The translations under genes were made by a program, and so were the position numbers. From IMG/VR virus record IMGVR_UViG_3300043414_000895, positions 1-47,787 of that record: a stretch of 47,787 nucleotides of DNA. One strand, written 5' to 3'. The notes below the pieces were generated by a model, which saw only the letters and a program-made list of their open reading frames with translations, was not told the DNA's origin and ran no database searches. Positions 17,093-26,639 of this stretch are shown in pieces; the stretch's first letter is position 1, and each line of letters opens with the position of its first letter. This DNA is from a virus (Duplodnaviria > Caudoviricetes).

Positions 17093-18427
17093 ATGATCAA
17101 TCTGGCATCTACCAGCGACAAGCTCTACGCCATCACCACTGCAGCGGGTGATGTTGAAGTCCACGCATCGTGGGTGGACCTCAACATCACCACGGTGACG
17201 CCTGGGCGCACGAACACTGCCAGCATCACCACGGCCACCAGCACCGACATCGTTGCCGCGCCTGCATCCAGCACCGTGCGCAACGTGAAGTTTTTGGCGA
17301 TCTTCAACTCAACCGCGGCCATCACCAACACCGTCACCGTGTATCACACGGACGGCACAAACCCGGTCGAACTGGCGCGGATGCTGCTGGGGCCTGGCGA
17401 GTCGGCGCAATACGTCGAGGGCGCGGGCTGGGAGAGGTTGAACAGCGCGGGCGCCCCAGTCAATGCGCTGGTGACCAGTGATGTGGACATTCAAACTTTT
17501 ACCGCTGCTGGCACATGGACTAAGCCCACGAATTTCACGCCAAAGCTGACCCTGGTTCGCATCTGGGGCGGCGGCGGCGGTGGTGGTGCTGGCGCATCGC
17601 TTGCTACTGCGATCATTGCAAAAGGCGGAGCGGGTGGCGGTGGTGGGGTCATGGCCGAGGGCAACTTTGCCGCTTCTGATCTGGCCTCCACCGTGTCTGT
17701 GACTATCGGCAGCGGCGGCACAGCGGGTGCGCCCGGCGCCGCAGGCGCTGCGGGCGGCGTGGGTGGCGTTGGACAGAGCTCGACCTTTGGCACTCACTTG
17801 ACCGCATTCGGCGGCGGTGGTGGCGCCGGTGGCGCCATTTCTGCAGCCGCGTCTGGAGGAGGAGGAGGAGGCGGCAGGGGTGGTGCCGGAACAGCCGGTG
17901 GCGCGTCAGGTGGCGCTGGCGGGTTTCCAACAGCCGCCACGAACGGGTCGGGCGGGCAGGGCGTCACGGGTAGCGCCGCTGGCGCCGTGACATCCACAAA
18001 CGCAGAGTACGGCGGGGCTGGCGGCGGCGGGTCGGCAAACACACCTGCCAGCAGCCTGGGCGGCTCGTCGCTGTTTGGCGGCGGCGGCGGTGGATCGGGC
18101 GGGCACCACAATGCCACCCCGGCAGTCGTGGCCGGCGCTGCTGGCGGCGCTTCTGGCTCCTACACCGGAGGCGGCGGCGGTGCTGTCGGCACAGACGGCG
18201 CCGCGCCGACTGCCGGCTCTGCTGGCGCAGACGGCAACACCGGGCGCGGCGGTGCTGGCGGTGGTGGCGGCGGCACAACTGTGACCGCATCAACATCGGG
18301 CGCGGCTGGCGGCAACGGTGGGCGCGGTGGCGGCGGCGGCGGTGGCGGCGGCGTTGGCATGAACCCGGGTCTGGGTGGCGCTGGTGGCGCTGGTGGAGCG
18401 GGCTACTGCGTCGTCTACACATGGTGA
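17093..18427 (+). CDS. Glycine-rich fibre/adhesin-like protein
   Basis: FT..GTWTKP, then many GGGGG blocks, ending GYCVVYTW. Confidence 0.8.
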   Translation: MINLASTSDKLYAITTAAGDVEVHASWVDLNITTVTPGRTNTASITTATSTDIVAAPASSTVRNVKFLAIFNSTAAITNTVTVYHTDGTNPVELARMLLGPGESAQYVEGAGWERLNSAGAPVNALVTSDVDIQTFTAAGTWTKPTNFTPKLTLVRIWGGGGGGGAGASLATAIIAKGGAGGGGGVMAEGNFAASDLASTVSVTIGSGGTAGAPGAAGAAGGVGGVGQSSTFGTHLTAFGGGGGAGGAISAAASGGGGGGGRGGAGTAGGASGGAGGFPTAATNGSGGQGVTGSAAGAVTSTNAEYGGAGGGGSANTPASSLGGSSLFGGGGGGSGGHHNATPAVVAGAAGGASGSYTGGGGGAVGTDGAAPTAGSAGADGNTGRGGAGGGGGGTTVTASTSGAAGGNGGRGGGGGGGGGVGMNPGLGGAGGAGGAGYCVVYTW

Positions 18428-18433
18428 TGACGC

Positions 18434-19069
18434 ATGGCGCGGCTTGGGGCGTTTGACCCATCACTGAGGCCCGAGGCGTGGTTTGATGACCATGCTGTCT
18501 CTGATGGGTGGTTTGACACTGACCTGATCGCGCCCGCGGCCAGCGGAGCAGCCGCTGGCGCCAGTGCGGTCACCATCGCCATCACAGGAGCAGCATCTGG
18601 CGCTGTTGCCGTTGCTGGCGCATCGGCGCAGGTCCTGCAGTTCACCGGCGGCGCTGCTGGTGCGGTGGCGGTCGCTGGCGCCAGCACAGCCACCATCCAA
18701 GCAACAGGCGCTGCAGCCGGCGTCGTTGCCATAGCCGGTCAGTCCGCAGTCACCATTGCCCTTGCGGGCAGTGCTGCTGGAACGGTGGCAGGCGGCGCGG
18801 GCAGCACCGCAGGCGAGTCAGCCGCAGCGTTTTCCGTCAGTGTGCTGTCGTCCGGCGTGGTTCTGGTGCGCGGCCAGTCATCCGTTGCACTGGAGATCGA
18901 CGGCGCCGCTGCCGGCGCAGTGGGCGCACCTGCAGGCCCCGCGCCAGCCGACCGCTTTGATTACCTGGCCGTGCTGCAAGACCGCCTGCACCAAAGCCCG
19001 CAGCTGGCCCGCATGGGCGCCCACATGCGGCTGGTGCGCCGCGCCCGCCAGGCTGCCCGCAGGCGCTGA
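18434..19069 (+). CDS. Ala/Gly-rich repeat structural protein
   Basis: Repeated ~21-aa units (GAS....I.GAA.G.VAVA). Confidence 0.65.
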   Translation: MARLGAFDPSLRPEAWFDDHAVSDGWFDTDLIAPAASGAAAGASAVTIAITGAASGAVAVAGASAQVLQFTGGAAGAVAVAGASTATIQATGAAAGVVAIAGQSAVTIALAGSAAGTVAGGAGSTAGESAAAFSVSVLSSGVVLVRGQSSVALEIDGAAAGAVGAPAGPAPADRFDYLAVLQDRLHQSPQLARMGAHMRLVRRARQAARRR

Positions 19070-19092
19070 GCGGGCCAGCTGGCGGCGCTGAC

Positions 19093-19139
19093 CTGTCGCA
19101 TTTTTCCCCCTGATCTGAAACCACCCCGCCCGCAACCAT
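19093..19139 (+). promoter_or_regulatory. Putative late promoter, copy 2
   Basis: CTGTCGCATTTTTCCCCCTGAT; AACCAT at 19134 with the same spacing as copy 1; capsid ATG at 19146. Confidence 0.65.
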
Positions 19140-19145
19140 GCGGGC

Positions 19146-21062
19146 ATGAGCAGCAACCCCGCCCAACTCTCAGCAACAGCGACCGCGCTGCGCCCCGGCA
19201 CCCGGGTCGAGCGGTTCCTGAGCGTCGAGCGCGCCGCGGTCAACGCCGAGGCGCGCACCGTCGAGCTGAGCTTTGCCAGCGAGCTGCCCTACCAACGCTG
19301 GTGGGGTGTCGAGGTGCTGGACTGCAGCGCCCGCGCCGTGCGCCTGTCACGTTTGATGAGCGGCGCCCCCCTGCTGTGGAACCACGACACCGATGAGCAA
19401 ATCGGCGTGGTCGAGTCCGTGAGCATTGGCGCCGACCGGGTGTGCCGTGCCGTGGTGCGCTTTGGGAAGAGCGCCGACGCCGAGGAGGTTTTCCAGGACG
19501 TGGTGGATGGCATCCGCCGCAACGTCTCGGTGGGCTACCTCATCCATGAGGCTGAGCTGGTCAAGGTCGAGGGCGACCCCAACCAGGGCGACAGCCAGGC
19601 CGACACCTACCGCGTGACCGACTGGGAGCCCTACGAGGTCTCCCTGGTCTCTGTGCCCGCTGACCCCTCCGTGGGCGTGGGTCGCAACGCGGAAGACGAC
19701 CCGCGCCAACCCGCACCCCAGGCCGTGCTGGCACCCGTGCCCGCCGCCACCCCCGCCACCACCTCCACCCCTTCGGAGACCCGCACCATGACGACCACCA
19801 CCATCGAGCAGCCGGCCGCGCCCGCGCTCAACCTGTCCCCGGCCGCTGCCGATGTCATCAAGGCCGAGCGCCAGCGCGCTGCCGAGATCCGCGCCATCGG
19901 TGACCAGTTCAGCCGCTTCGACGGCGCCGCCAAGGCCACCGCCGCCATCGAGTCTGGCGAGTCGGTGCAGGGCTTCCGCAACCTGATGGCCAACGCCATC
20001 ACCGCGGCGCAGACCACGCAGGTCACCAACCTGGACCTGAGCAAGAAGGACCAGCAGCGCTTCAGCGTGATGCGCGCCATCCGCGCCATGGTCGACCGCG
20101 ACTGGCGCCAGGCCGGCTTCGAAAAGGAATGCTCGGACGCCATCTGCAAGCGCGCCGGCATTGCCGAGGCGGTCAACGGCGGCTTCTACGTGCCGCTGGA
20201 CGTGATGGCCGCCAAGCGTGACCTGACCGTGGGCACCACCACGGCGGGCGGCTTCATGGTCGGCACCGACATCCAGCCGCAGTCGTTCATCGACCTGCTG
20301 CGCGCCCGCAGCGTGCTGGCCCGCCTGGGCGCCACCATGCTGCCCGGCCTGGTCGGTTCGGTCACCATCCCCAAATTGACCGGCGCTGCCACCGGCTACT
20401 GGCTGGCGACGGAAGCCACCGCCATCACCGAAAGCCAGCAGACCATCGGCCAGCTGGCCATGTCGCCCAAGACGGTCGGTGCCTACACCGAACTGTCGCG
20501 CCTGCTGATGCTGCAAAGCACCCCGGCGGCCGACATGCTGGTGATGAACGACCTGACCAAGGTCATCGGCCTGGCCATCGACCTGGCCGGCCTGGAGGGC
20601 AGCGGCGCATCGGGCCAGCCCACCGGCATCAGCGCCACGGCCGGCATCGGCTCGGTCACCGGCACGTCGCTGGCCTACGCCGGGGTGGTCGAGTTCCAGA
20701 CCGATGTGGCCGCGGGCAATGCCCTGTCGACCGGCAGCGCCTACGTCACCACGCCGGCCGTGGCCGGCCTGCTGATGCAGCGCCAGCGGTTTGCGTCCAC
20801 CGACACGCCGCTGTGGTCGGGCTCGGTGCTGGACGGCCAGATGGCCGGCTTTGGCGCCACCACCACCACGCAGGTCACTGCCGCCTCGATGGTGTTCGGC
20901 GACTTCAGCCAGGTGGTGATCGCCGAGTGGGGCATGTTGGAGCTGGCGATGAACCCCTACGCCAACTTCGCCGCCGGCATCACCGGCATCCGCGCGATGC
21001 AGTCGGTGGACGTTGGCATCCGCCAGGCCGCCGCCTTCAGCCGCGCCACGTCGATCACCTGA
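19146..21062 (+). CDS. Prohead protease - major capsid protein fusion (HK97 fold)
   Basis: LLWNHD, NVSVGY and EVSLVSVPAD (protease); GGFMV, FIDLLR and FGDFS (capsid). Confidence 0.95.
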   Translation: MSSNPAQLSATATALRPGTRVERFLSVERAAVNAEARTVELSFASELPYQRWWGVEVLDCSARAVRLSRLMSGAPLLWNHDTDEQIGVVESVSIGADRVCRAVVRFGKSADAEEVFQDVVDGIRRNVSVGYLIHEAELVKVEGDPNQGDSQADTYRVTDWEPYEVSLVSVPADPSVGVGRNAEDDPRQPAPQAVLAPVPAATPATTSTPSETRTMTTTTIEQPAAPALNLSPAAADVIKAERQRAAEIRAIGDQFSRFDGAAKATAAIESGESVQGFRNLMANAITAAQTTQVTNLDLSKKDQQRFSVMRAIRAMVDRDWRQAGFEKECSDAICKRAGIAEAVNGGFYVPLDVMAAKRDLTVGTTTAGGFMVGTDIQPQSFIDLLRARSVLARLGATMLPGLVGSVTIPKLTGAATGYWLATEATAITESQQTIGQLAMSPKTVGAYTELSRLLMLQSTPAADMLVMNDLTKVIGLAIDLAGLEGSGASGQPTGISATAGIGSVTGTSLAYAGVVEFQTDVAAGNALSTGSAYVTTPAVAGLLMQRQRFASTDTPLWSGSVLDGQMAGFGATTTTQVTAASMVFGDFSQVVIAEWGMLELAMNPYANFAAGITGIRAMQSVDVGIRQAAAFSRATSIT

Positions 21063-21130
21063 TCGGCCAGCCGGCCCCGGCACAACGCTGGGGCCGGCGC
21101 ACCCGCCCGCACCCACCCGCAGCGCCCACC

Positions 21131-21355
21131 ATGGCCAACCAACTGCCCCAGCCCGGCCCCGAGACCCAGCCGCACACCGTGCTGCGCCCGATCTTCATGG
21201 CGGGCCTGCGGGTGGAGGTGGGCGAGGTGGTGCAGCTCAACCGCCAGCAGGCGCGCGAGCTGGCCAACGCCGGCAAGGTGTCGGTGCAGCCGGCGGCCGA
21301 CATGGCGCCGCCCAAGGCCCGCCCCAAGGCGCCACCGCGCAACCTGGCGGGCTGA
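21131..21355 (+). CDS. Small capsid-associated protein
   Basis: G.RVEVGEVV.L....A..L...GK pattern typical of post-capsid genes. Confidence 0.65.
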   Translation: MANQLPQPGPETQPHTVLRPIFMAGLRVEVGEVVQLNRQQARELANAGKVSVQPAADMAPPKARPKAPPRNLAG

Positions 21356-21358
21356 GCC

Positions 21359-21634
21359 ATGCCGCTGGACGACACCACCCTGTACCTGGACCTGTTTGGC
21401 GCCACCGCCACGCTGGCCGGGGCGCCGGTGGCGGCCATCGTCGATGCGGCGGCCGAGATCGTGCTGGACGACATGATCACCCAAGGCCCCGCGGCCACCG
21501 TGCGCACTTCTGACACGGCAGCCGCTGCCGCTGGTCAGGTGTTTGTGGCTGACGGCGTGACCTACCGCGTGCGCCAGGTGCTGCGCCTGCCGCCCGAGGG
21601 CGCCTTCCAGCGCCTGGTGCTGGCGAGGGGCTGA
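21359..21634 (+). CDS. Head-tail joining protein (gpFII-like)
   Basis: Size, position and DGVTYRV motif. Confidence 0.65.
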   Translation: MPLDDTTLYLDLFGATATLAGAPVAAIVDAAAEIVLDDMITQGPAATVRTSDTAAAAAGQVFVADGVTYRVRQVLRLPPEGAFQRLVLARG

Positions 21635-21637
21635 CCC

Positions 21638-22066
21638 ATGGCCCTGGCTGCTGCCCAAGTCATCGACGCCCTGGCCGCGCGCCTGGTGCCGCTGGCTGCC
21701 ACCGGCGGGCGCGTCTACACCAGCCGGCTGTGGCCGCTGGACGAGGCCAGCCTGCCGGCCTGGAAAGTGACCGCGGCCGACGAGGTGGTGCAGGCCGCCA
21801 CCCTGGACGGCCTGAACCTGCACCAGCTGGATGTAGACGCTGCCGCCAGTCTGCGCGCGGTCGCCGATGTGGACGACGGCATGCACGCGCTGGCTGCCAG
21901 CGGCCTGGCGTTGCTGTTTGCCGCACCCGTGCCGTACAGCCTGCGCCTGCTGGCCATCAGCCGCGACATCACCACCGAGGGTGAAGCCGCCATGGGCCGC
22001 ATCACCCTGCGCCTGCAGGCGCAGTTTTACGCCACACCGGCTGCGCCGGAAACCATCTATTCCTGA
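21638..22066 (+). CDS. Tail terminator-like protein
   Basis: GRVYTSRLWPL...LPA; lies just before the tail tube gene. Confidence 0.65.
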   Translation: MALAAAQVIDALAARLVPLAATGGRVYTSRLWPLDEASLPAWKVTAADEVVQAATLDGLNLHQLDVDAAASLRAVADVDDGMHALAASGLALLFAAPVPYSLRLLAISRDITTEGEAAMGRITLRLQAQFYATPAAPETIYS

Positions 22067-22081
22067 CAGGAGCCAACCACC

Positions 22082-22732
22082 ATGGCGATCACCCTTGCAA
22101 CCGGCACCCTTGTGGCCATTGCGTCCACCTACGGTTCGTCGTCCAACATGACGGCCATCACCAATGCATCGTCTGCCGTGGCCACGCTGGCCGCGGCGCA
22201 CGGGGTGGTGGTGGGCGACTTTCTGGAAGTCACCAGCGGCTGGGACCGCTTGAATGGCCGCATCGTGCGTGTGTCGGCTGTGGCCACCAACGACATCACA
22301 TTCGAGGGCATCAACACCTCCAGCACCAGCCTGTACCCGGCCGGCACCGGCACCGGCAGTATCCGGCGCATCACCGCCTGGACGAACCTCAGCCAGATCA
22401 CCAGCGGCATCAGCGTGAGCGGCGGCGAGCAGCAGTTTGCCGACATCACCACGCTGACCGACCGCACCCAGAAGCAGATCCCGACCGTGCGCAGCGCGGT
22501 GCAGGTGACGCTGCCGCTGTTCGATGACCCGAGCCTGGCCTGGTTTGGCACCGTGTCGACCGCAAGCGAAACGGCCACTGCCACGGGCGTGCGCATGATC
22601 TTCCCAAACAACAGCCGCCTCGTGGCCAACGCCTACTGGTCGCTGCAGGATGTGCCGACCATCGAGGACAGCACCCTGCGCGGCAGCATCTCGCTGTCCT
22701 TCGTCGGCGCCGCCACCCGCTACGCAACCTGA
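22082..22732 (+). CDS. Major tail (tube) protein
   Basis: TSGW.RLN.R, SGGEQQF and QIPT motifs (Phage_tail_3-like). Confidence 0.85.
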   Translation: MAITLATGTLVAIASTYGSSSNMTAITNASSAVATLAAAHGVVVGDFLEVTSGWDRLNGRIVRVSAVATNDITFEGINTSSTSLYPAGTGTGSIRRITAWTNLSQITSGISVSGGEQQFADITTLTDRTQKQIPTVRSAVQVTLPLFDDPSLAWFGTVSTASETATATGVRMIFPNNSRLVANAYWSLQDVPTIEDSTLRGSISLSFVGAATRYAT

Positions 22733-22740
22733 TCCGCGCC

Positions 22741-23142
22741 ATGGATCTGCAAACCCTGCAGCAGCGGGCGCTGGCTGCGCGTGAGGTGCGGCACACGCTG
22801 GGCGAGATCACCTACACGCTGCGCATCCCCACCCGGCATGAGGTGCTGCTGGCTGCCCAGCGCAGTGGCGCCATGCAGGCCAACGGCGACCGCGCCGCGC
22901 TGCTGGTGACCCAGCGCGCGGTGCTGGAAGCCGCCATCATCGGCTGGTCCGGCGTGCGCGTGCGGCACCTGCTGCCGCCCGAGCAGGCCGGCGCCGATGG
23001 CGACACGCCGCTGCCGTGGGAGGCCGGCGCCGTGTCTTTGCTGCTGGACGCGCAGAACGAAGCAGCGCAAGACCTGGCCGAGCTGGTCAACCAACGCATG
23101 GCCCAGCGCGCGGCAGCCATCGAGGCTGACGCAAAAAACTAG
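22741..23142 (+). CDS. Tail assembly chaperone (gpG-like)
   Basis: IIGWSGV motif; ends in slippery GCA AAA AAC TAG. Confidence 0.8.
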   Translation: MDLQTLQQRALAAREVRHTLGEITYTLRIPTRHEVLLAAQRSGAMQANGDRAALLVTQRAVLEAAIIGWSGVRVRHLLPPEQAGADGDTPLPWEAGAVSLLLDAQNEAAQDLAELVNQRMAQRAAAIEADAKN

Positions 23143-23405
23143 CAGCGCATGTCAAGCACCACGCCGGCCGTGATGACATGCGCGCCCTGCAAGCGGCCGG
23201 GCTGGCGGGCTTGGCTGAGCCGCCGCCGGCCATCAGCCCAGCCGCCGAAATGGCGCTGGACTGCTGGGGCTTCTGTGCCGGCTGGCAGCCTGAGCGCTGG
23301 CCGGTCTACGAGGCCCTGCACCCCGTTCCGGATTGGCACCACCTCATGGAGCTGCTGCGCGTGATCCGCAGCACCCTGCGCGAGATCGACAACTCCAAGC
23401 CATGA
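23133..23405 (+). CDS. gpT-like -1 frameshift extension of the chaperone
   Basis: A AAA AAC heptamer at 23133-23139; the -1 frame is open (KLAAHVKHHAGRDDMRALQ...) to the stop at 23405, which overlaps the tape measure ATG. Confidence 0.75.
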   Translation, partial: KKLAAHVKHHAGRDDMRALQAAGLAGLAEPPPAISPAAEMALDCWGFCAGWQPERWPVYEALHPVPDWHHLMELLRVIRSTLREIDNSKP

Positions 23406-25450
23406 CCAGCCAAGCCCGCATCACCGTCACCGCTGAAGACCGCGCCAGCCGTGTGCTGCAGCAGGTGCGCGGCCAGCTGGCCAGCACCAGCGCATCCGCC
23501 GGCCAGCTGGCCGCCAGCGCGGGGCTGATCGGCCCCGCCTTTGCCACGCTGGCCAGCGCGGCCGGCCTGGTGGGTTTTGTCAAAGGTGTGGCCGATGCGG
23601 TGGACGCGCTCAACGATGTGGCCGACGCCACCGGCGCCAGCATCGAGAACCTCAGCGCGCTGGAGCGTGTGGCCAGGCTCAATGGCGGCACGCTCGGGGA
23701 TGTGTCTGGCGTGCTGGTCAAGTTCAACGCCGCGCTGGCCGCCGCGGGCAACCCCGCCAGCGATGCAGCTGGCGTGTTCAAGGCGCTGGGCCTGTCGGCC
23801 AAAGAGTTGCAGCAGATCGACCCCGCGGTGGCGCTGCAGCGCACCGCTGTGGCGCTGGCCGGGTTTGCGGACGACGGCAACAAGGCGCGCATCACGCAAG
23901 AACTGTTTGGCAAAAGCATCAAAGATGCCGCGCCGCTCCTCAAGGATCTGGCCGAGGCGGGCAAGCTCAACGCTTCGGTGACGCGCGAGCAGGCCGAGCA
24001 AGCCGAGCGGTTCAACAAATCCCTGTACGCCCTGCAGACCACCGCCGCCGACGTGGGCCGCAACCTGGTGCTGGGCCTGGGTGGCGCGCTGGCTGAACTG
24101 GTCGAGCGCTACAAGGTGGCCCAGCAGGTGTTCGGCGGCATCGGCGGCATCGTGTCGGCCGGGCTGAAAGAAAAGCTCAACTTTGCCGACCCCACCGAGG
24201 GTCTGCGCGCCTACAACGCGCAGCTGGTGGTGCTGGACGAGCGCATCCGCAAGGCCAGCGACGGCACTGACGGGTTCAACAAGCGATTCAGCGGCCCACG
24301 CGTGGAGGCGCTGCAGAAAGAGCGCGCCGAAATCGCCCGGGTGGCCGACTACTACCGCAACCTGCTGAACCTGGGCAGCGCCGGCCAGGGCCGCGGCAAC
24401 GGCAGCGCGGCGCTGCCGTCGCTGCCAGCGGTCAGTAAGCCGACCACGCCCGCCAAAGAAGAGATCGACCGCAGCACCGAGGCGCTGGGCCAGTACATCG
24501 CCAAGCTGTACAAGGAGGCTGAGGCCGTCACCGCCGTCACCGAGGTGCAGCGCGCGGCCAACGCGTTGCGGGAGGCTGGCGCCAAGGGTCAGCTGCCGGC
24601 GGTGAGAGAACTGGTCACCCGGCTGGCCCAAGAGGCTGACGCCCGCGCTGAAGCTGCATTCTTCGCTGATGTGACCGCCCGCGCCACCGAGCGTGAGGCG
24701 CAGGCCATGAATGCGCTGGACGGCCAGCTGGATGGGTTTGCAGGCCGCACGGCTGACGCGCTGAAGCAGGCGCAGACCGCCAGGCTAGAGGCGCGGCTGG
24801 CGGCGGGTGAGCAGTTCACCGACGCCGAGCTGGAGCGCATCGTCAAGAACATCGGCGGCATCAAGGACGCGGCCCAAGAGACATTCGACGCCAGCAACAA
24901 GGCGCTGGAGCGCTTCGCCAGCAACGTGCAGGACGCGCTGGGCACCACCATCGAGGCCAGTTTGCGCGGCGACTTCGACAACATCGGCAAGCTGTGGAGC
25001 AACCTGCTGCTCAAGATGGCCAGCGAGGCGTTGGCCGCTGACCTGGCCAGCGCGCTGTTCGGCAACCTGGCCGCCAAGCCCGGCGCCGCGGTGGCCGGCG
25101 GCGGGTCGGGCCTGTTCGGCCAACTGTTCTCCAGCCTGTTCAGCTTTGGCATCGGCCGAGCCGCAGGCGGCACGGTGCAGCCCTGGAGCATGCAGCGGGT
25201 CAATGAGTCTGGCCCGGAGCTGTTCACCAGCGGTGGGCAGGACTGGCTGCTGGCAGGCTCACGTGGCGGCACCGTCACGCCCAACGGCGCGCTGGGTGGT
25301 GGCGGCACCATCCAGGTGGTGCAGCACATCACCGTGGGCTCGCAGGTCAGCCGCAACGATGTGATGGCCGCCATGCAGGTGGCCAAGATCCAGACGGTGC
25401 GCGCCGTGGCCGACGCCCGCCGCCGCACCTATGCCGAGGGCGCAGCATGA
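23402..25450 (+). CDS. Tail tape measure protein
   Basis: I.VTAEDRAS start, Ala-rich helical body, RAAGG.V and VNE.GPELF C-terminal motifs. Confidence 0.92.
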   Translation: MTSQARITVTAEDRASRVLQQVRGQLASTSASAGQLAASAGLIGPAFATLASAAGLVGFVKGVADAVDALNDVADATGASIENLSALERVARLNGGTLGDVSGVLVKFNAALAAAGNPASDAAGVFKALGLSAKELQQIDPAVALQRTAVALAGFADDGNKARITQELFGKSIKDAAPLLKDLAEAGKLNASVTREQAEQAERFNKSLYALQTTAADVGRNLVLGLGGALAELVERYKVAQQVFGGIGGIVSAGLKEKLNFADPTEGLRAYNAQLVVLDERIRKASDGTDGFNKRFSGPRVEALQKERAEIARVADYYRNLLNLGSAGQGRGNGSAALPSLPAVSKPTTPAKEEIDRSTEALGQYIAKLYKEAEAVTAVTEVQRAANALREAGAKGQLPAVRELVTRLAQEADARAEAAFFADVTARATEREAQAMNALDGQLDGFAGRTADALKQAQTARLEARLAAGEQFTDAELERIVKNIGGIKDAAQETFDASNKALERFASNVQDALGTTIEASLRGDFDNIGKLWSNLLLKMASEALAADLASALFGNLAAKPGAAVAGGGSGLFGQLFSSLFSFGIGRAAGGTVQPWSMQRVNESGPELFTSGGQDWLLAGSRGGTVTPNGALGGGGTIQVVQHITVGSQVSRNDVMAAMQVAKIQTVRAVADARRRTYAEGAA

Positions 25451-26064
25451 CCACCTACGCCTGGCCGGCCAGCCGGCACTTTGTGCCCGCCACGCATGAA
25501 TTGCGCGTGGTCGACAACACGCAGCGCACCTCCGAAAGCGCGCTGTCGGGCTACGTGCAGACCACCGGCATGCCCGGCGCACGCTGGGGCTGGGGCATGG
25601 ACTTTGCCCCGCACACCCAGGCCCAGCGGGCCGAGGTCGAGGGCTACCTGCTGCGCCTGAGTGGGCGCCAGCACCGGGTGCAGATGTGGGACCTGCGCAA
25701 CCCGCGGCCCCGCGGCACCATTGCCCTGACGGGCGTGACGTTGAGCGCCAGCGCGGCGCAGTTCGCCACCAGCATCGTGCTGGCCGGGTGCGGTGCCAGC
25801 GCCACCCTGCTGGCCGGCGACTGGCTGGGGCTGACCGGCGGGCAGCTGGTGCGCGTGGTGGCTGATGCCACGGCCGACGGCTCGGGTGTCATGACTGTGG
25901 AGGTGCGCCACATGCTGCGCGCGGCAGTGGCCGGCGGCAGCGCCGTGACGCTGGACAAGCCCACCGCGCTGTACGTGCGAACCGAGGCCGGCATCGCCCT
26001 GCCGCGCATGCCAGGCAACGTGGAGCCTGGCATGTCTCTGGATCTGGTGGAGGCGTTCGCATGA
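25447..26064 (+). CDS. Distal tail protein
   Basis: Position after the tape measure gene; S.LSG..QT and LLAGDW motifs. Confidence 0.65.
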   Translation: MTTYAWPASRHFVPATHELRVVDNTQRTSESALSGYVQTTGMPGARWGWGMDFAPHTQAQRAEVEGYLLRLSGRQHRVQMWDLRNPRPRGTIALTGVTLSASAAQFATSIVLAGCGASATLLAGDWLGLTGGQLVRVVADATADGSGVMTVEVRHMLRAAVAGGSAVTLDKPTALYVRTEAGIALPRMPGNVEPGMSLDLVEAFA

Positions 26065-26639
26065 GCCGCACCGGCCTGGCCACGGAGTTCGTCACTGCGG
26101 TGGGCCAGCCGCATGTGACGATGCTGCTGCTCATCGAGCTGTACCTGGACGGCGGCACGCAGTACCTGGCCAGCACCCCGCACGATGTGGCGTGGAGCGG
26201 CAACACCTACGTGGCCGCGCAGGGCATCGGCACCATCGAGCCCACCACCGAGACCGACACCGAGGCGCGCGGGCTCACCTTCACCCTGGCCGCCCACGGC
26301 AGCGCCAACCTGGCCGGCGCGTTTGAGCAGGTCCAGGGCCGCGCCGTCATCCTTCGCCTGGGCGTGGTGGACGAGAGAACCAGTCCGCCGACCCTGCGCG
26401 TGGACCCCAACGTGTGGAGCGGCACGCTCGATGTGATGACCATCGACGACAACCCCGCGGCGCCGGTCATCCGCGTGACGGCCGAGCATTCCATGCTGGC
26501 ATGGCAGCAGCCGCCTGGGCATCTGTTCAGCCACCAGGAACAGCAGCGCATCGACGCTAGCGACCTGTTCTTTGAGCATGCCGCCGCACTGACCGAGGCC
26601 ACCATCGTCTGGCCTGACAAGAGCTTTTTCCGTCAATGA
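26061..26639 (+). CDS. Tail tip/hub protein
   Basis: Position in tail operon; W.G..Y...G and EQQR...D.FF motifs. Confidence 0.65.
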   Translation: MSRTGLATEFVTAVGQPHVTMLLLIELYLDGGTQYLASTPHDVAWSGNTYVAAQGIGTIEPTTETDTEARGLTFTLAAHGSANLAGAFEQVQGRAVILRLGVVDERTSPPTLRVDPNVWSGTLDVMTIDDNPAAPVIRVTAEHSMLAWQQPPGHLFSHQEQQRIDASDLFFEHAAALTEATIVWPDKSFFRQ

